In this document: positions 58,305 to 64,000 of the stretch, in pieces
Position numbering within the stretch: position 1 is the first letter of the stretch
Layout of the letters: every line of letters starts with the position of its first letter
Assembly: GCA_963578725.1 (NCBI GenBank)
Contig: CAUZDS010000001.1
Location: 70,841 to 134,840 of the forward strand
Direction of reading: 5' to 3'
Origin: Vicinamibacteria bacterium
Lineage (GTDB): Bacteria > Acidobacteriota > Vicinamibacteria > Vicinamibacterales > UBA8438
DNA: 64,000 nt
Position numbers and translations under genes: made by a program
Notes under the pieces: generated by a model
What the model was told of the DNA's origin: nothing
The model's input: the letters and a program-made list of their open reading frames with translations, nothing else
The model's database searches: none

Positions 58305-59028
58305 ATGCTCGATTCTCTCTCGCGGAGGCTGTTCCTCACACTCGTGGACAGTACCGCTGTCAGACGGTTCGTCTCACGCTACGGCATGCGGGAAGGCAGC
58401 CTCGTACGGAGATTCATCGCGGGTGAGGCGCTCGAAGACGCGATACGCACCGCGCGGCGACTCACCGGAGGCGGCCTACACTGCACCTTCAACTATCTCG
58501 GCGAAGAGGCAACTTCATCGACTGCAGCCCGCGCGGCGGCCGAGACCTACATAGGCATGATGCGCAGCGTGCGCGCCGCCGGCCTACCGTGTCAAGATCT
58601 CGGCAAAGCTCACGCAGCTGGGGTTGGCGCTTGACCCGGTGGAGTGCGACGCGAACCTCCGCTCCGTGCTCGATGCGGCCGGGGACAGGTGCTTCGTCCA
58701 CATCGACATGAAGCGATCCGCCTGGATCAACCCAACGCTCGATCTCTTCGAGCAGGTCTGGAAGGAGGGTTATCGCAACGTCTGGGTTGCGCTGCAATCG
58801 TATCTGTACCGGACCGAGCGCGGCCTGACGGCGGAGGCATTCGAGTTCGAGATGTTCTTCGGCATCCGGCGGGATCTACAAAACTCGCTGCTCGAACAGG
58901 GCTACCATGTCCGAACCTACCTACCCTTCGAATAACAGTGGTTCCCGTATTTCATGCAACGCCTGGGCGAACGGCCAGCCAACGTGTTGTTCGTCGTACG
59001 CAGCTTGCTCCTCGAGCGCTGGCACTGA
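58305..59028 (+). pseudogene. Proline dehydrogenase remnant with a frameshift, an internal deletion and an in-frame TAA
   Basis: ORF 58305..58634 switches frame near 58580..58590 to VKISAKLTQLGLALDP...VHIDMKRS...ALQSYLYRT. About 110 aa are then missing before FEFEMFFGIRRDLQ..GYHVRTYLPFE. An in-frame TAA lies at 58933..58935, followed by QWFPYFMQRLGERPANVLFVVRSL, ending at the TGA at 59026..59028. Confidence 0.8.
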
Positions 59029-59161
59029 CGCCGTATTCCAACCGGACGGCTTGTTCCCCGGTTACACATGCCTCGATGTCTCCCTCGTCGCGCCTGGCAC
59101 TCGCCGAGCGCGGCGTCGATCACGAAGTTCTCGGTGCCATGCGAGGTTTCACCACGGGCGC

Positions 59162-60295
59162 CTAGCAGAACGTGCGCGCGAGATCGACCAAGACGTCCCG
59201 GCACACCAGGACGGACTCGATCTCCACGTACTCCTCCGTGCCATGGAGCCCCGCCCCTGAAGGACCGAACAGCACAGCCGGCGTGCCGGCGCGCCCCAAG
59301 ATTGCCGCGTCGGTCCAGAACGACATGCCGGTCGGCTCCGCGTCGCGACCACGTCCCCGCAACACCTGAACCAACGCCCGGCACACGGGGTGATCGTCAG
59401 GAATCTCATAGGCCGGACGGGAGAACAGCTGACTGGCCGAGGCCTCGAACTCTGTATCTTCTTTCGCAAGCTCGTCCAGCGCTGCCCGCATCTCCGTCAG
59501 TCCCACATCGGGCGGCTCGCCCATCAGCGTGCGCCGCTCGAAGCGTAAACGGCACCGGTCGGGATAGACGCTGAGCTCGCGGCCGCCGCCGATCGTCGAG
59601 GCGTGGAGCGACGCCGTCCCCAATCGCGGGTGACGCGGGCCCATCATCAGCCTGGCGTTGATCGCCTCCAGCCTGGTCAAAACCCGGCCCATACACAGAA
59701 TGGCGTCGCGTCCGTCAGTAGGCCGGCTGCCGTGGGCGGCTCGACCGCGGGTCTCGACCTCGACCCACTCAAACCCCTTGTGCCCGGTCGCGACCGCCAG
59801 GTTCGTAGGCTCGGTCACCACGGCACCTGCGGCCATGTGATCCCTCACGAGCGCATCGGCACCGACGCTGGCGTACTCCTCATCGGCGACTGCGGCCACC
59901 ACGAGCCGGCCCGTCTCGAGACCCCCCCCGGCCGCGACCCGGGCCGCCGCGTCGATCATCGCAGCCAGCCCGCTCTTCATGTCCTGCGCGCCGCGACCGT
60001 AGAGGCGCCCGTCGCGCTCGACAGGGTCGAACGGCGCCGTCAATCCCTCGACACCGACCGTGTCCATATGCCCGCAGAGCATGAGCGAACGGCCCGGGGC
60101 GCGCCCGTCGAGCACCCCTACCACGTTCGGTCGGCCCGGTGAGGCCTCGGTAACCTGAACATCGAGCCCGGCCTCTCCGAGCGCGAGCGCGATCCGCTCG
60201 GCGACCGCGGCCTCACCGGCGCCACCGGATGCCAACGATGGATTAACCGAGTCGATCGCGACGAGGTCGCGGAGCAGCCGCAGGACAGGGTCCAC
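59162..60295 (-). CDS. M20 family peptidase (ArgE/DapE-type deacylase)
   Basis: Contains LMLCGHMDTV, GRGAQDMKSG and ADEEYAS metal-ligand blocks. Confidence 0.8.
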   Translation of the reverse strand: MDPVLRLLRDLVAIDSVNPSLASGGAGEAAVAERIALALGEAGLDVQVTEASPGRPNVVGVLDGRAPGRSLMLCGHMDTVGVEGLTAPFDPVERDGRLYGRGAQDMKSGLAAMIDAAARVAAGGGLETGRLVVAAVADEEYASVGADALVRDHMAAGAVVTEPTNLAVATGHKGFEWVEVETRGRAAHGSRPTDGRDAILCMGRVLTRLEAINARLMMGPRHPRLGTASLHASTIGGGRELSVYPDRCRLRFERRTLMGEPPDVGLTEMRAALDELAKEDTEFEASASQLFSRPAYEIPDDHPVCRALVQVLRGRGRDAEPTGMSFWTDAAILGRAGTPAVLFGPSGAGLHGTEEYVEIESVLVCRDVLVDLARTFC

Positions 60296-60429
60296 CTGAG
60301 GAGGGCACTCTAAGGAAAAGGGTGGTAGGAGACAGGAGACAGGAAGAACCGGGGAGGCATCACCCGCAGTGCCAGATGCCGCGTAGCCATCAACTCCACT
60401 CCGTCTCCTTGCTCCCGATCAGTCGTCAC

Positions 60430-61506
60430 TCACTCCACCCAGTCGGCAATGAAGACGTTGGTGTCGCCCTCGGCCCGTGCACCGCGGTTCGAAGCGAACA
60501 CCAACTGGCTGCCGTCCGGGGAGAACATGGGAAATCCGTCGAAGGTCTCGTCGAAGGTGATTCGCTCGAGCGCGGTGCCATCCTCCTGGATCATGAACAG
60601 ATCGAAGTTGCGGCCTTCCGGGTTGTGCCAGTTGGAGCTGAAGATGATCCGCCGGCCGTCGGGGTGCCAGAACGGCCCGAAGCTCGCTCCGCCCAGATCG
60701 GTGACCTGATGCAAGTTGCTGCCGTCAGCGTCCATGACGAAGATCTCAAGCGCGGTCGGGCGCCACAACCCTTGCTCGAGAAGCGACTGATACGCCTCCA
60801 GCTCCGGACCGGGCGCGATCTCCCGACCGCGGAACACGATCTTGCTACCATCGGCCGAGAAGAACGGCCCACCGTCCGGGCCGGGCCGATTGGTCAGCCG
60901 CTGGACGTCGGAGCCATCGCCATTCATGGAGTAGATCTCCATGTCGCCGTCGCGCACGCTCGTAAACACGATCCGCCCGTCAGGACCGATGGTCGCCTCG
61001 GCGTCATAGCCGTCGGTGTCGGTAATCCGCGTCAGGCCGGAACCGTCCGCGGCGCCCCTGAAGATGTCGTAGCTGTCGTAAATCGGCCAGACGTACCCCA
61101 TCTCGAAGCTCGGCTCCGGCGGGCACTCGGCACCACCCAGGTGAGTCGAGGCGAACAGGATCGACTCACCGTCCGGGAAGAAATACCCGCACGTGGTGCG
61201 GCCGTCGCCGGTGCTGACCATCCGGTCGTTCGTGCCATCCAGGTCCATCGTGTAGATCTGGTCGCACGGCACGCCCTCACGGGTGGTCTGGAAGATCAAG
61301 CGGCTGCCGTCGAACGCGTAGTAGGCTTCGGCGTTCTCGCCACCGAAGGTGAGCTGGCGGAGACTGGTCAGACGCACCTCCGCGCCCGCGCTGCCTCCAG
61401 ACATCACCGGCGGCTCCTGCACCGGCGTCACCGGCTCGCCACCGCCGCCGCACGCGACCGCGGCCACCATCAGTAGCCCGATGACAGTGGCCCGCAGCGA
61501 GGCCAG
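60430..61506 (-). CDS. TolB-like beta-propeller (PD40 repeat) lipoprotein; start uncertain
   Basis: Repeated PD40-type blocks (FSADGSKIVF, WHPDGRRIIFSS, FSPDGSQLVFASNR). The lipobox LMVAAVACGG has no ATG, GTG or TTG at a suitable distance upstream. CTG at 61506 or the far upstream ATGs (to 61761) are the only options. Confidence 0.65.
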   Translation of the reverse strand: MASLRATVIGLLMVAAVACGGGGEPVTPVQEPPVMSGGSAGAEVRLTSLRQLTFGGENAEAYYAFDGSRLIFQTTREGVPCDQIYTMDLDGTNDRMVSTGDGRTTCGYFFPDGESILFASTHLGGAECPPEPSFEMGYVWPIYDSYDIFRGAADGSGLTRITDTDGYDAEATIGPDGRIVFTSVRDGDMEIYSMNGDGSDVQRLTNRPGPDGGPFFSADGSKIVFRGREIAPGPELEAYQSLLEQGLWRPTALEIFVMDADGSNLHQVTDLGGASFGPFWHPDGRRIIFSSNWHNPEGRNFDLFMIQEDGTALERITFDETFDGFPMFSPDGSQLVFASNRGARAEGDTNVFIADWVE

Positions 61507-61753
61507 TGTCCTGTAGCAGCCAGTCGTGGATTGAATCCCTGGCGCGGCGAGGGAGCGAATCGGGACATTTCTGACCCCGCTGCATTGAAACCCAGCGCTG
61601 CCCGGTACGGGATGCCCAGGCTGGGAATTGTTTCGCGAACCACCGTCACAGGACCCTAACTTCCTCATCGTATTCCCTCCGGCACTGGCCATATTGGCAC
61701 GACCGCCGACGCGCACGCACCACGTACTCCCCGGTGGCAGACCGGCTCGGCCG

Positions 61754-63601
61754 TCAGACACGCCCGAGCCATTCGAGGAGCCCCAAGGTTAGCCATGGTA
61801 CATAAGTAATCACCAGGACGCCAAACCCCAATATCGCCAGCAACGGCAACGACGCACGGTAGACCTCCAGCAACGGCCGGTCGAACCGATACGACGCCAG
61901 AAACAGATTGAGCCCGACCGGTGGCGTCAGGAACCCGAGCTCCAGGTTGGCGATGAAAATGATCCCAAGGTGCAGTGGGTCGACTCCGAACCGCTCGGCG
62001 ACGGGCACCATCAGCGGCACCACGACGAAAATCGCCGAAAAGATGTCCATTAGGCAGCCGACCAGCAGCAGGAACAGGTTCAGACCAAGCAGAAACACCA
62101 GCCGCGACCCGATGTGCTCGTCGGCCCATTCCACGAGCAGAAACGGTACCTCTGCGTCGACGAGATAGGCGGTGAACCCCACCGCCACACCCAGTATGAC
62201 CAGCACGCCGCCGACCAGAATCACGCACTCGCTGAACGCCGCATGCAATCCCCGACCGAGCGTGAAGTCGCGGTGAAGCAACCCCTGGATGATCGCGGCG
62301 TACAACGCGGTGAAGGCGGCGGTTTCGACCAGCGTGGCGAACCCGCTGAACAGCACACCCAGGATGACGAAGGGGATACTGAGCTCCCATTTGGCGTCCC
62401 AGAGCGCCGCGCGGAGCTCCGGCCAACCGAAGCTATGACGACCCGCGCCTGTCACGACGCCCTCGCGGATGCCCCAGGCGGCCACCAGACCAACCAGCAG
62501 AACACCGGGCACGATACCGGCCACAAACAGGTCGCCTGGCGCGACCTGCGCGACGATGGCATATAGGATGAGCGGCATCGCCGGCGGGAACAACAGTCCG
62601 AGCGACCCGGAGGCGGTCAACAGACCGAGCGAGAAACGCTCGCGATAGCCATCGCGCAGCAGTGCCGGAAACAACAGGCCACCGAGCGCGAGGATCGTGA
62701 CCCCAGACCCTCCGGTGAACACGGTAAAGAAGGCGCACAGTACCACGCAGACGACAGCGGTCCCCCCGGGGATCCAACCCACGCTGGCCCGGAACGCGCG
62801 TAACAACCGTTCCGATGCGTTGCCCTGTGCCAGGATGAATCCGGCCAACGTGAACAGCGGAATGGCTGGCAGATACGTCTGGATGGTCAAGCCGTAGGTC
62901 TCGATGGCCACGATGACCGGCAGGTTGCCGTCGCCCATGTAGAGCAATACCGCGGCGCCACCCAGAATCGTGAAGATCGGCGCGCCAAGCACAGCGGCGA
63001 CCAGCACCAGCATGATCAACGGCCAGATCGGCACCGCCTCGAGAATGCCGTCGGTGCGCCCGAGCCAGTACCCGACCAGGATCCCGATCGCGGCGATCGC
63101 CCGACCGCCCCACAGGGGCGACGCGCGCCAGACGAGCCGAAACGCAATAACGGCGAACGAGACCGGCAGAACCAGCTGGGCAATCCAGACCTGCACACCT
63201 GCCGCAATCAGCGTGCCGTCCGCCTTGTCGAACAGCACCAACTCGTAGGCCGCCGTTGCGAGGATGGTCGAAACCGCCGCGCCGACAAGCGCCGCGAAGA
63301 CCTCGGTGGCCCGACGGGTGCGACCTTCCGGAATGAAGGATGCCGTCGCCAGGGCAATCAGCTTCCCCTCGCGCGCGGCGATCGCGGCACCGAGAAAGCC
63401 GACCCACAGGGTGAGATGTCGAACGAAGGAAATCGAACCGGGGATACCACCCGAGCTCAGCGGCCGGACGATGATCTCGGCCAGCGGCAATAGCACCATC
63501 GCCGCCAGGGCCAGGTTCGCGATCAGCTCCTCGCCGCGATGCAACGCCAGGACCACCGGCAAACGTGCGCCGGTCGCCCGGGCTCCGGCGCTGTCACTCA
63601 T
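61754..63601 (-). CDS. TRAP transporter fused small/large permease (DctQM)
   Basis: 615-aa polytopic protein with an N-terminal DctQ-like four-helix part and a DctM-like body. It lies directly downstream of a DctP-like gene. Confidence 0.8.
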   Translation of the reverse strand: MSDSAGARATGARLPVVLALHRGEELIANLALAAMVLLPLAEIIVRPLSSGGIPGSISFVRHLTLWVGFLGAAIAAREGKLIALATASFIPEGRTRRATEVFAALVGAAVSTILATAAYELVLFDKADGTLIAAGVQVWIAQLVLPVSFAVIAFRLVWRASPLWGGRAIAAIGILVGYWLGRTDGILEAVPIWPLIMLVLVAAVLGAPIFTILGGAAVLLYMGDGNLPVIVAIETYGLTIQTYLPAIPLFTLAGFILAQGNASERLLRAFRASVGWIPGGTAVVCVVLCAFFTVFTGGSGVTILALGGLLFPALLRDGYRERFSLGLLTASGSLGLLFPPAMPLILYAIVAQVAPGDLFVAGIVPGVLLVGLVAAWGIREGVVTGAGRHSFGWPELRAALWDAKWELSIPFVILGVLFSGFATLVETAAFTALYAAIIQGLLHRDFTLGRGLHAAFSECVILVGGVLVILGVAVGFTAYLVDAEVPFLLVEWADEHIGSRLVFLLGLNLFLLLVGCLMDIFSAIFVVVPLMVPVAERFGVDPLHLGIIFIANLELGFLTPPVGLNLFLASYRFDRPLLEVYRASLPLLAILGFGVLVITYVPWLTLGLLEWLGRV

Positions 63602-63634
63602 GGGAGCTCGCGACGATCGCGTCGTATGGCCGGA

Positions 63635-64000
63635 TCACCGGGCGGCTCGAAAACTGTTCCGCTCGCGCAGCGCCTGGTCATACACGGCGGCTGGGACAAT
63701 GGTCCCTCGCCATGATGCGGTCAGCTCGTCCGCCACCTCCCGGAAGGAAGCGGTGGCAGCTGTGTCGAGCTCAACGACGGTGAGGCCTCGCTTCTGCATT
63801 TCCTCGACGGAGTCACGTTCCTGGGCCGGCACGTCGCGAAACAGTCCAAGTTCGAGCTGCTTGGCCGACGCGCGCAGCACCTGCTGATCGTCGTCAGCGA
63901 TCCCGTTCCAGACCCGCGCCGTGACGACGGTGATTCCGAGCACCGGCGCCAACGGCACATCGAGCATGAACGGCGTCTTGTCGTACCATTGAAACAGCAG
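63635..64000 (-). CDS. TRAP transporter solute-binding subunit (DctP-like), 3' part only; continues past the window end
   Basis: The frame is open to position 64000. The C-terminal sequence and its position upstream of DctQM support the call. Confidence 0.6.
   Translation of the reverse strand: MLFQWYDKTPFMLDVPLAPVLGITVVTARVWNGIADDDQQVLRASAKQLELGLFRDVPAQERDSVEEMQKRGLTVVELDTAATASFREVADELTASWRGTIVPAAVYDQALRERNSFRAAR

Noticed and set aside
1-64000. Genome-wide reassignment of TAG to a sense codon.
   Set aside because: TAG terminates def, the MBL hydrolase, rhodanese, NUDIX, both TPR paralogues, the cupredoxin and sirC at positions consistent with normal protein lengths. A global recoding is therefore untenable, and only local read-through remains conceivable.

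Overview
GC-rich bacterial chromosomal segment with strong G/C at third codon positions. The gene content (hopanoid hpnCDE, CarboxypepD_reg/TPR exported proteins, DUF1684, TolB-like propeller) suggests an Acidobacteriota-like lineage, but only at low confidence. I found no rRNA, CRISPR array, transposase, integrase or phage genes. About 55 genes look intact. They fall into these groups: hpnC-hpnD-hpnE and thiI; NUDIX, def and a long ThyX-like gene; MBL hydrolase, purine permease and rhodanese; an M20 dipeptidase; a Bacillus-style beta-oxidation operon (TetR-fadN-orf-fadA-fadE); two tandem CarboxypepD_reg/TPR paralogues; a fused beta-lactamase-fold/DUF1343 (NamZ-like) protein; a heme A cluster (DUF420-ctaB-ctaA-cupredoxin); an M23 peptidase; tRNA-Glu(CUC); a sulfur block (sat-cysC, cysQ, DUF2061-cysH-sirC-cobA-sir-orf); HU, queF and Smr; E. 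coli-type frdABCD; thiO; PhoU plus a Na/Pi transporter; an acyltransferase; and a TRAP transporter. The most striking signal is gene decay. At least nine genes are visibly broken by in-frame stops, frameshifts or internal deletions: a membrane protein, the NCS2 permease, the TetR/FadR-like regulator, a formyltransferase-methyltransferase fusion, an SDR, a sulfotransferase, mtgA, proline dehydrogenase, and possibly a secreted-protein ORF. Six confident in-frame stops are TAG, and two more TAGs lie in the doubtful secreted-protein ORF. Secondary points of interest are the unusual formyltransferase-like/SAM-methyltransferase locus beside the tRNA, the AmiE-like/NamZ-like fusion, a 30-bp palindrome over the TetR start codon, an intrinsic terminator just upstream of the cys operon, and a sulfite reductase with a long C-terminal extension. 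I could not run homology searches, so family calls rest on motifs I recognise in the translations.
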